From positions 26,102,001 to 26,166,000 of the forward strand of contig OX597821.1 in the NCBI GenBank assembly GCA_951406725.2: DNA of 64,000 nt. The letters run 5' to 3'. A program made the position numbers and the translations under genes. Below the pieces are notes generated by a model. That model did no database searches, was not told the DNA's origin, and worked only from the letters and a program-made list of their open reading frames with translations. Shown here one piece after another: positions 52,471 through 64,000 of the stretch (position 1 is its first letter; the number at the start of each line of letters is the position of its first letter). The DNA is from Octopus vulgaris (Eukaryota).

Positions 52471-53923
52471 CTTCTTTTTAGGAATAGCTAACCTTTGTCT
52501 GCATTATCAAGAGTGCCCTTTATTTTTAGGATAAATGTATGGAGTGAAAGATATTTACCTGCTATACCTAGCAGATCGAGTTACCATGTAGAAGTTCCTT
52601 CGTTGGTTTATCTAAGAACAGAATTGTTAATCTTGTTTATTCCCTTTTCGCCACTCAACAGTAATAGAAAATACCCATGCTCAAAGGTGTTCCAACGTGG
52701 ACCATCCCATCTCTTTGAATATATAAGAAAGAAAATTTTCCAATATGCCCCACACCTAAGATTTTTTTTTGATAAAAGGTAAAAGAAAAATTGAGTTTTT
52801 GGGTAGGTACGAGAGAGACTCGGCAATAAGCTCGAGCGATATGCAAAGCCAAGTTAATGACACAGTGCCGATGTGATCATCCGACCTGCTGGAAATAACA
52901 GGTAAATTTCTCTCGAATCACATACTACCATCTCAGAGATGGACACGCAGAAATGGACTCTGCGAATAGACAAAAAAAGGTGGATGATCATGGCTGGTAT
53001 GTATACCTTTGATAAATAATCTGCCGAGTCATAGTTAATCTGGTACTAATCCACCATCACAACAGCACCATACCACCACCTCCTCCTTCTCATACACCTC
53101 CTCCCTTGCACCTCTTCCCTTTCATTCCCCCTCCATTCAATGTATTGGTTCTTGGTCACTCACAGAACCTCTGGTGTCTTCGAATTTGGGCTATCACCTG
53201 GACTAATTCGATTGCGCAGAAAACATTGAAATACTAGCCAACGAATAAAACCTCTATGTGGATGCTTGACCAATTAGAAATAGGAGTCGAATCTTCAACT
53301 CACATCCTACAGTCTTATATAAGGTCCGGACATAATTCCTCAAGGCGATGCCTCAGCATGGCCGCAGTTCAATGATTGAAACAAGTAAAAGGCAAAAGAA
53401 AGATACACTGATTTCTTTAGTGAGAAAGACATTTGTATTATTTGTATTATTTGTTTTAGTCATTTGACTACGGCCATGCTGGAACACCGCCTTTAGTTGA
53501 ACAAATCGACCCCAGAACTTATTCTTTGTAAGCCTAGTACTTATTCTATCGGGTTCTTTTACCGAACCGCTAAGTTACGGGTATGTAAACACACCAACAT
53601 CGGTTGTCAAGCGATGGCAGGGGTGACAAACACAGACACACTAACATATATATATAAATTTACTTTCTTATATATTCAAAGAGATGAGATGGTCCTCGTT
53701 GGAACACCTTTAATGATAGGTATTTTCTATCACTGTTGAGTGGCGAAAAGGGCATAAACAAGACTAACAATTCTGTTCTTAGATAAACCAACGAAGGAAC
53801 TTCTACATGGTAACTCGATCTGCTAGGTATAGCAGGTAAATATCCTTCACTCCATACATTTATCCTAAAAATAAAGGACACTCTTGATAATGCAGACAAA
53901 GGTTAGCTATTCCTAAAAAGAAG
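52471..53923. repeat. About 265-bp inverted duplication (52471-52737 vs 53657-53923)
   Basis: Near-identical reverse complements; the ORF track gives almost the same peptide at 52495(+) and 53899(-). Confidence 0.9.
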
Positions 53924-54118
53924 GTGTGGCTGTGTGGTAAGTAGCTTACTTACCAACCACATGGTTCGGGTTCAGTCCCACTGCGTGGTACCTTGGCAAG
54001 TGTCTTCTACTATAGCCTCGGGCCGACCAAAGCCTTGTGAGTGGATGTGGTAGACGAAACTGAAAGAAGCCCGTCGTGTATATATATGTATATATATATA
54101 TATATATATAAGCCCGTC

Positions 54119-54170
<52 letters not shown>

Positions 54171-54332
54171 GACGGGCTTCTTTCAGTTTCGTCTACCAAC
54201 TCCACTCACAAGGCTTTGGTCGGCCCGAGGCTATAGTAGAAGACACTTGCCCAAGGTGCCACGCAGTGGGACTGAACCCGAACTATGTGGTTGGTAAGTA
54301 AGCTACTTACTACACAGCCACACCTGCGCCTA
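53922..54332. repeat. Inverted pair of family B SINE 5' halves around (TA)n
   Basis: 53922-54080 (+) and 54168-54332 (-) share private single-base deletions. Confidence 0.85.
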
Positions 54333-54983
54333 TATTATTTTATTTATACATTATGTATGAATAAAAAATAGGATGGCGGTGAGTGGGAGGGGGGGGCATG
54401 GTTGAAGTCATTTTTATCATAGGCCATGGACAAAAAAAGTTCAGAGAGAACCTTGATGATATCTTGCCGGGTTTGAACGATAGGAAAAGAGTTTCACTCC
54501 ATTTGTCTTTTTAAAGCTGATGTCGAACAAGAAAGAGCAGGAATGAAGGAAGAAAAGAAGGAAGAACACTAAAGAATGCAAAACTCGTAGTTGTTGTTGT
54601 TGTTGTTGATTCGCTTCGGATCAGCATTTTTTTGTGTAACAGGGACTACACTGTGCAATGTACTGTTCTTTATTTAAAGTGATAGGGTATGATTTAATAG
54701 AGAATTTGGTTGCAATTTTTAGTAGATCGAGTGACCACGTATAGGTTTCCGTGTTACCACGCGCAAAATTTGGTAACCGCTATTGGCAAACTTGCTATGT
54801 TGTTGTTGTGGTTAGGGTTGTTGTTTTATCTTAGGCAGATCTGTTGTAAGGCACGGAATTATTTAGAGCAGTGACCAACTCGAATTTAAGAACACTTGCA
54901 GTCAAATGGATTGGGTTCTGGATAACAAACTGGAAATCAAAGGTTTGCATCTTGTAGTCGGGTCAGCATTATGTCATTATGCT

Positions 54984-56240
54984 AAGGCGGCGAGCTGGCA
55001 GAAACGTTAGCACGCCGGGCGAAATGCTTTGTGCTATTTTGTCCGCCGCTGCGTTCTGAGTTCAAATTCCTCCGAGGTCGACTTTGCCTTTTATCCTTTC
55101 GGAGTCGATAAATTAGGTACCAGTTACGCACTGAAGTCGATGTAATCGATTTAATCCTTTTGTTTGTCCTCTCTGTATTTAGCCCCTTGTGGGTAGTAAA
55201 GAAATAGGTATTTCGTCTGCCGCTACGTTCTGAGTTCGACTTTGTCTTTCATCCTTTCGGGGTCAATAAATTAAGTACCAGTTGCGTAGTGGGGCACATC
55301 TAATCGACTGGCCCCCTCCCCCAAAATTTCGGGCCTTGTTACTAGAGTAAAAAGGATTATGTCATTACGCTATATCTAGAAGAGAAAACCAGTGACATGG
55401 CTAGAGAATGTACAGCCCGGGAAGCTCTGAATTTGCATCCCACAGCGTGCTCTTAGTCCTATATAGGCTTATACAGCAGGCCCAAAAGTGCTACCCCCAG
55501 CTCCGCTACTGGAGAAAGTGAGCCTTCAATAACTGAATAGATCTTAATTAGAGTAGCTGCTTGTGTGTAGACTCACGTCATATCCAAAATTAAGATAACT
55601 GTCTCGTTTACCCAACCGAGGCGCGCCAAATTGACAGAATAATACGAGCATCATATAGAAAGGCTTATTCTATCTGTTCCGACTCTTTACGTTCTGAGTT
55701 CAAATCCTACCCAGGTCAGCTTTATCTTTTCGGAGTCGATAATTAAAGTACCAGTCTAAGGCGGTGAGCAGGCAGAAACGTTAGCACGCCGGGCGAAATG
55801 CTTAGCAGTATTTCGTCTGCCGCTACGTTCTGAGTTCAAATTCCGCCGAGGTCGACTTTGCCTTTCATCCTTTCGGAGTCGATTAAATAAGTACCAGTTA
55901 CGCACTGGGGTCGATAAAATCGACTTAATCCGTTCGTCTGTCCTTGTTTGTCCTCTCTGTGTTTAGCCCCTTGTGGGTAGTAAAGAAATAGGTATTTCGT
56001 CTGTCTTTACGTTCTGAATTGAAATTCCGCCGAGGTCGACTTTGCCTTTCATCCTTTCGTGGTCGATAAATTAAGTACCAGTTGCGCACTGGGGTCGATC
56101 TAATCAACTGCTCCTCCCCTAAAATTTCGGGCCATGTGCCTAGAGTAGAAAAGAGTCTAAGGCGGTGGATTGGCGGGACTGTTAGAGCATTGAACGAGAC
56201 ACAGCTCTGTATTCTGATTTTAAATTTCCACCAACAGCAA
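54984..56240 (+). mobile_element. Cluster of family A SINEs (dimers at 54984-55358 and 55758-56155, plus older copies)
   Basis: Consensus matches; TSD ATTATGTCATTA(T/C)GCT around the first dimer. Confidence 0.85.
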
Positions 56241-56959
56241 TGTTATCACTCGTCACGCTGTGAAAGAAGGCGTCAAAATGGTCCATGATAGACTACGGCA
56301 CCGGCATCTCTCTCCTCATAGTCTCTCTCTCCATCCTCTAAAAATGACGGATGGCTTCTTCACATCCTCTCACCATAACTGTGTCGCAGATAAAGGAGCT
56401 GTGAAAACCAAGGGCCCTGAGATTGAAGTTACGTCTCTCTCTCACACACACTCTCTGTGTGTGTATGTGTAATTAAGGTTTCTAATTTAGGCGCAAGGCT
56501 AGCAATTTTGAGGTAAAGAAATTGGAGGATCCCACCAATCCCAATATCTGACATGTACTTTTTTTATCGACCGCAGAGTAATGTAGATTAAAGTTGATAT
56601 CGGTAGGATTTGAATCAGAACGTAAAAGGTCGAGAAAAAACACAAAACAAAAAGACATTATTTCGCCACCTATTTTTTCTGCAGTAATCAAAACCATCAA
56701 CGAATGGTTCCAGGGTTTCAGAAGGCTTGGTAACATCCTCGATAACGAGGAAATACTGACGACCACCGAACACTACAGAAACAGATTAGATTCGTTAATA
56801 TTCTCACCCTGCATTATTTTGACACCAACTATAAAAAAGAATAAATAAAATAAGGTTTAAAACTTGTGCTCCTCATTTAAATTGTTTAAATGAAAGTAGG
56901 GTCTTATGGATAAACAAGCAAAATATTGTTGTTGCGACGAAATATCGCAATATACGTAT

Positions 56960-57370
<411 letters not shown>

Positions 57371-58015
57371 TTACATTATTATATGATTGAACGCCGCGCT
57401 TCCTCTTCCAAGTAAATTTTATCTTAATCTTTCTGATGCACACTCTATACGATCTTTTTACTCTTTCGTTTTTCTTTTTCTCTCTCTCATTCTTTTACCT
57501 CCTCTTCTCCCACTATTCTATCCTATTACTTTGTCACTCTCTCTCCCTCCCTATTCCTCCTTTGCTCACGTGGCTCCCATGTAATCATCGGCCATCTTTT
57601 TTTCTTCTCCTAACTTATGTTTCTTTCTTCCTCTCTGTTGTAGCTGAAACAAGGAAGACATGTTCTTGTCTGTCTCCTGTCCAAACTTGATTTACGCATT
57701 CGCCAACACAACCACAACTTCATTTAGGCTTAGCAGCCCTTCCTGCTTGTTTTCACTGTCCTGTTTGCTTTACCAATTTTGACCCTCAGGAAAATCCCAA
57801 ATTTTATTTAATTTGCTTTGCGGGAACAACTGTTTTATCGAAAACGTATATTGTTGTTAAATGCTCGAAATATGAGAGTAGAAAAACAACCAATAACTGA
57901 TGAAGAGTCATTTTTATGTTGTTTGTCTTTTGTTGTTGGAAAAAATAGTTTATATTCCATGTACTCGTACTTCGTATTTTTTGCTGTACACGTTTCAAGA
58001 CGTCTTGTGCCCACA

Positions 58016-58088
<73 letters not shown>

Positions 58089-58205
58089 GTATAGATGTAT
58101 GTATATATGCATATACGTATGTATATATGCATATACATGTATTTTTTATATTATTATACATATATATATATGCACACACACATATACATGCATAAACATT
58201 TATAT

Positions 58206-58384
<179 letters not shown>

Positions 58385-58923
58385 CATACATACATACATA
58401 CATACATACATACATACATACATACATACATACATACATACATACATTTACATCGTTTGATATGTACCCTGCACGAAATTTTTGGGCTTGAGTCACTTTT
58501 GTAATTTGAAAAATTTGAAAAACAAGTTGACTACTCAGTATAAAGTCACTCCAGCAGTAAATGTTCCCATGTTATTCTTCGACTTGTTTCAATATAACTT
58601 TATTGTAACACACACACGCACATAACCTTGTCGAAACTGCATTGAAAAAACAAAAACAAAAACAAAAAACAAAACGAAAAACCCTTTTCTTTCTCCAGTG
58701 CCTGAAAATATTTCAGCTGTGATTAGTTGCTGTTATGGTCTATGAATATCAACTACGCTCCACTTTGGAGTAATGCTCACTTGCCTTGGATACTGCTTCC
58801 ACAACACATGCAAACATCCCAAGTAACATCCAGTGATCACATCGCCATTTAATAAAGATATGCACTTCAGTACACAACAATCACCAGCATATCTGAACTA
58901 TTTTCTTTCTGCTTCGTCTGCAG

Positions 58924-59068
58924 CAGATATGGGCAGCCTTTTAACGAGCAGTGGGCCGCATGTGACATAACTCATCATCAAGCGAGCAGCGCTGTTAAAA
59001 TTTTCAAGGTAAATTTTTGTTGGCATACCATTCAAGAACTCCCGCGGACCGCAATTTTCCCATGTTTG
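58924..59068. mobile_element. hAT (Charlie-like) MITE; relative at about 62285-62447
   Basis: TIRs CAGATATGGG / CCCATGTTTG; degenerate 8-bp TSD GTCTGCAG / TTCTACAG; body shared with the second copy (AGTGGGC.GCA...ACTCATCATCA...GTTGGCAT.CCATTCA). Confidence 0.65.
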
Positions 59069-59211
59069 TTCTACAGCTATTACAAAGATTCTGCTTCTCT
59101 TTAAGTAACAAGCAGTGCACCCCACTCGACTAAAACCCAATCTATACATCCACCTATCACCGTCATCATTTCTGTGTTTCCCTCTCATAACATTGCGCTT
59201 AACATGTGAAT

Positions 59212-59353
59212 GCACCAGTGGTTTAGTTGAATAAGAACGTTATTATACTTAATTTAGAGGGTTCCTGGTTCGAGTCCAGTCTAGGACTATACGTATATCG
59301 AGTAATAAAACACCCAGTGACGACCGAAGATGAAAGATATCGAGACGTATTGT
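59212..59353 (+). mobile_element. tRNA-like head followed by a degenerate hammerhead motif
   Basis: A-box-like TGGTTTAGTTG and T-arm CTGG-TTCGAGT-CCAG, then acga CCGAAGA t ga-aagata-tc GAGA cg TA ttgt. Confidence 0.45.
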
Positions 59354-61251
59354 AACTTTAAGCATTATAAAAATACATTCTTAAAATACAGATTAATGGT
59401 CCTAAAAAAATTATATCCTTAACAAATAAATAAGAAAATATTCTCTTTACAAGGGAAGAAAAAGGTTTCGGGGGAAAATATGAGGAATAAGAGAAATTGA
59501 AGATTGTGATATGCTTTGCTGATAGTTTCCTCTTTCCGGCCTTGTGATAATAGTTAAACCCATCCCAGTTAACTGTGGTGTGTTCTTCCTTCTATACACT
59601 TACCTCACTTGCACAAATGCAGCTCAGATGCAAGAGAACAAATCAGAGGCTTAGAAGATTTGATCTTTGTGTGAAAGACATGTGAAGTACACAGCCTGGG
59701 AAAGACACGTTTGGTCAACTTCCTTAGTGTCTTAGATGGAAAGTCAAAGGTAGACATGTAAAAGAAATGTTCAGCGATTTCTTCTAAAGATTACTTCATG
59801 ATAATAGTTCAGAGATTATCAAATTCAATTTGAATGCGTTTACTGTTTGGAAAATTGCAAAACTTTTATGTAATGCTTAAAGAGACATCAAATATTATTT
59901 CAAATCACGCGGGGAAACCACTCCAGAAATTTACATTTTGTAGATCAATATGGCTGTTTTAGTTTGTATCTCCAAAGATGGCACTAATAGAAGATAACCA
60001 GCTGTTGCATTCTAATACAGTGACCAACGGAGAGTAAGTGAGTTAATATGAATATTTTTGTCAGAGTACATCCATTATAATAAAATAATTTTGTGAGAGT
60101 TTAGCAAAAGAAATGTATTGCTTAGTTATTTCGTTAACAACGAGATGAGTAGAGCGTTGGATGAACGAATAAGGGATGGCGTAGTTTTCGATTCATAATA
60201 CGTTTGTTAACAGATCGAGTTAGAAGTGACGGTCCGATGGAGAACGACAGAGTTATGTCAGAAAGTTATTTCCATCATGCGGTGGTTTAGTCGGACAGGC
60301 TTTGTAGTCAGTTATCTGTAGATGAAAGCGAGGGGGGGGAGTGAGCAATTGCAAAAGTCTACTGCCTTTGTGCAATTATTAAGTTAGTAGTAGTTTCGGT
60401 CGTTTGTGTTGTAGTCTCTTCATGTTGACAAATCTGGTCGTCGAAATCAGCCGATACTGAACGTCGCTTAATTTAACAGATGAGTACATCCGGTCTCTGC
60501 TTTCCAGTCTGCCTCTGTCTGTCATTTTGTTTGTGACTCCCTTCAGATTTGGTTTCCTTTTATACGCTCCAGAACAAATATGATTGGACAGATCTGCGGT
60601 GAAGTCATTACTCGAAAATTCGGGAATTTTTACATAGAATTTGCTGATCGGAAACAACAAATCCTGTGTTCAATTCGAAGTAAAGAGCTGCTACGAAATT
60701 TTTTGTAATTGATATCTTGTTTCTTGAGCCCCCCACCCTTAGCATTGTCTTCCACACTGCACCGACATCTCTTCCCGCCTCTCTCTCATTAATATGATAA
60801 CTACCACTCATAATTTACAATCTCCACTGAAATTATTGTCTTCAAGTGTTGACACAAGGCCAGCAATTTCGAGGGAAAGGGTCAATCGATTACACCGATT
60901 CAACTGATATTTATTTTATCGAGCCCGAAAGAATGAAAGACAAAGTCAACGTCGGCGGAATTCGAACTGAAGCATTTTCCCGGCGTGCTAACGATTCTGC
61001 CAGCTTGCCGCTTTAATTTCCACTGAAATTATTTATTATCTTTAACCAATTCACCTCAAAGATGTGAATTGTGAAGAACAAAGAGAACAATGTGAAGAGA
61101 AAGTTCCACAGTTTGTCATAAGATAAATCTGATGACTTGAAAACGTTCTTTAAAATGAACATCCAGCACTGCGTTGCTTAAATGTAAAGTAGTTAGTCTT
61201 GGAATCTGAATTGTCAGTTTTGAAGATTAATGAGAACAGTCTGTAATCTAT

Positions 61252-62267
61252 GAGGAGGAGGAGGAGGAGAAGAAGAAGGAAGAGGGGGAGAAGAAGGAAG
61301 AAGAAGAAGAAGAAGAAGAAGAAGAAGAAGAAGAAGGAAGAGGAGGAGAAGAAGGAGAAGAAGAAGAAGGAGAAGAAGAAGGAGAAGAAGGAAGAGGAGG
61401 AGAAGAAGGAAGAAGAAGACTGAGAAGAGAAGAAGAAGAAGAAGAAGAAGAAGGAGAAGAAGAAGGAAGAGGAGGAGAAGAAGGAAGAGGGGGAGAAGAA
61501 GGAAGAGGGGGAGAAGAAGGAAGAAGAAGACTGAGAAGAAAACTGAGAAGAAGAAGAAAAAGAAGGAGAAGGAGAAGAAGATGAGAAGAAGGAAGAGGAA
61601 GGAGGAGGAGGAGGAGAAGAAGAAGAAAAAGAAGACTGAGAAGAAGAAGGAGAAGAAGAAGAAAAAGAAGAAGGAGAAGGAGAAGAAGGAGAAGAAGAAG
61701 AAGAAGGAGAAGAAGAAGATGAAGAAGAAGAAGGAGAAGAAGAAGAAGATGAAGAAGAAGAAGGAGAAGAAGAAGGAGAAGAAGGAAGAGGAGGAGAAGA
61801 AGGAAGAAGAAGACTGAGAAGAAGAAGAAGAAGAAGAAGAAGAAGAAGAAGGAGAAGAAGAAGAAGAGGAGGAGAAGAAGAAGAAGAAGAAGAGGAAGAA
61901 GAAGAAGAAGACTGAGAAGAAGAAGAAGAAGAAGAAAAAGAAGGAGAAGGAGAAGAAGATGAAGAAGAAGGAAGAGGAGGAGAATAAGGAAGAGGGGGAG
62001 AAGAAGGAAGAAGAAGACTGAGAAGAAGAAGGAGAAGAAGAAGAAAAAGAAGAAGGAGAAGGAGAAGAAGGAGAAGAAGAAGAAGGAGAAGAAGAAGAAG
62101 ATGAAGAAGAAGAAGAAGAAGAAGATGAAGAAGAAGAAGAAGAAGAAAAAGAAGGAGGAGAAGAAGATGAAGAAGAAGGAAGAGGAGGAGGAGGAGGAGG
62201 AGAAGAAGAAGAAGAAGAAGAAGAAGAAGAAGAAGAAGAAGAAGAAGAAGAAGAAGAAGAAGAAGAA
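61252..62267. repeat. About 1-kb polypurine (GAA/GGA) tract with higher-order units
   Basis: Almost exclusively A/G on the + strand; recurring GAAGACTGAGAAG and GGAAGAGGGGGAGAAG blocks. Confidence 0.95.
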
Positions 62268-62799
62268 ATATGGGGGGGAGTTTTCATGCACAGGCGACCT
62301 TTTTTGAGAAGTGGGCTGCACGAGACGTGACTCATCATCAGGCGAACCGCAATACCAAAAAAAAAAAAAAAAAAAAGAGAAATCGAAGTAATTTTTCGTT
62401 GGCATGCCATTCAGAAAGACCTGCCGGCCGCTGTTTGCTTGAGACTGTTTTAGATATTGTGGTCCACAGCACAAAGAAACTCTGAGTGAAAACATCTTCA
62501 ATAGTAGACTTTTATCCTCAGAGTCAACAAAGAAATATTTCATCAATTAATATTGATCAATAATGCTATCTGGGGGCCGGCATGTCAAAGAATAAACCAA
62601 CGTTTCCTCTGCGTGTCGTAAAAGGCGATTAAAAGAAGTTGAGGTAGGATTTGCACTCCGACCTAAAAACCCTCACCAGCTACGAGTGTTGCAAAGGTGT
62701 CATCCCTCAGGAGTAGAGAGTTACTAACAAATGATGGATGCAATACTTCAATATTGGTGATAAAAATTTCTCAGCCAACAGAAAACTAATAATTGCTTC

Positions 62800-63002
62800 A
62801 AACAAGACCAGCAACTTAGGGGAATGGGGTAAGTTGAATAGATCGGACCCCCCTACTCAATTTGGTATTTATTTTATCGAACGCGAAAGGATGAAAGGAA
62901 AAGTTGCCCTCGGCGGGATTTGAACTCAAAACGTAAAGAGGAACGGAATGCCGCTAAGCATTTTGCCCGTCGTGCTAACAGTTCTGCCAACTCGCCGCCT
63001 TA
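62800..63002 (-). mobile_element. SINE family A, diverged
   Basis: Consensus match, head ...CTCGCCGCCTT at about 63001. Confidence 0.8.
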
Positions 63003-63880
63003 AAAAGACTAGTAATAAATAGCTAGTTATATGCTTTACTGAATTTAGTCGGACATATCACAACTCCCAGGGTCAACTTCTGATTTTCGGTTCTCCTCTG
63101 TCAATCAGTAACTGTAATGCATTAAGGTCGAGTCTATTACACTGTACACCATACTTTAAAAATAGTTGCATTTTGTCAAAAGAACTCAGGATTTCAATAA
63201 AGGAATAAGTTAGCTTTTAATAAACGAATCAGCTAGGCTAATTAACAAGAGATTCTTTCTATATGGTGTTCCAAACGAATACTATTCTGGGATATTATGT
63301 AAGTCAGGAATATGTTTCCTCATTGATCAAAGTCCTTTATAATACAAGTTGCAGGTAAACGTACCAAGAAAAACAGTTGCTTATATAAAGTTACCTATTT
63401 TTTTTTCTTTTGAGTTTACAGTTGAATGATTATTGGTGGATCTGAGAGTAGCAATTTTATTGACCATTTTCCCCAAGTATTATTCCATCTATTTATAAAA
63501 CTATAAATCTAATTATACATCAATTTATTTATATCCTTTTCTATATTCTCTCTATACCTACCCGAGTTAACTCCGCATGTTCACATAATAGGATATACTT
63601 GCTAGATATAGTAACAACGTGATTACTCTAAAGTATCATTTCTAAGAGAATCAAACAGATTAAATAGAACCAATTCCATTCTCACTTTTCTGGCTTGCAG
63701 ACATTGCTTAATTCTTCCCCTGGTATTTTCTTCCCTCGAATGAACGAAAGGTAGGCGTTATTTGTGAGAATCTTTGCCGAATTGCATCCAACAGAGGAGA
63801 GAAGCGAGAGATTCTAAAGAAAAGAAATATTCTCAACAGACGAATAATTCTTGGCTGATCTTTCCCATTACAAGCTGAAA

Positions 63881-63942
63881 TTAATGTTTTCGTTGGCAGA
63901 GAAGTTCGCCATACTGCCAATGATAACCCGCTGTACAGTAGA
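63881..63942 (-). CDS. Candidate terminal coding exon of a host gene (Cys-containing extracellular-type module); upstream exons would lie beyond the window
   Basis: Minus strand has a pyrimidine tract ...TTTTATTTTCCGACAG| then phase-1 xTC TAC TGT..., reading (x)YCTAGYHWQYGELLCQRKH*. About 900 bp of repeat-free AT-rich sequence with AATAAA (63456-63461) follows. Confidence 0.45.
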
Positions 63943-64000
63943 CTGTCGGAAAATAAAATAATAAAAAAAATAATAAAATAATACAAGGATTGATTCTATT

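Noticed and set aside
60150-60800. Possible LTR fragment (polypurine run, TATAAAA on minus strand)
   Set aside because: No TG...CA boundaries, TSD, PBS or second copy could be established.
61125-61152. CTGATGA-ctt-GAAA-acgt-TC hammerhead-like string; also CTGATGA at 57897
   Set aside because: No stem II (3-nt linker) in the first and no GAAA partner in the second; not counted.
61214-62546. Longest ORFs (398 and 432 aa, poly-S/F/L)
   Set aside because: Translations of a stop-free (TTC/TCC)n tract; no domain content or splice evidence.
62606-62730. CTGCGTGTCGTAAAAGGCGATTAAAAG motif reminiscent of retroelement 5' regions
   Set aside because: Too short and single-copy in this window to classify.

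Overview
AT-rich, repeat-saturated eukaryotic (metazoan) DNA. The SINE families and microsatellite load look like an octopus/coleoid cephalopod genome; this is inferred from memory of these repeats, not from a search. Nearly all listed ORFs are microsatellite or SINE artefacts. Supported content: three tRNA-headed SINE families (dozens of copies, many with 12-20 bp TSDs); two decayed Tc1/mariner transposases (DD41D at 5931-7015, DD34D at about 17300-18160); 3' fragments of an RTE LINE and an RLE-type (R4/Dong-like) LINE; a GGATC-terminal MITE family with 8-bp TSDs that carries TTAGGG repeats; hAT-, pogo- and piggyBac-like MITEs; and non-autonomous Helitrons. One candidate terminal coding exon of a host gene lies on the minus strand at the window edge (63881-63942). 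The most interesting signals are (i) about ten minimal Type I hammerhead-ribozyme-like motifs, each with a different palindromic stem III, several in fold-back Penelope-like elements and one behind a tRNA-type promoter, and (ii) repeated local inverted duplications anchored at (TA)n tracts.
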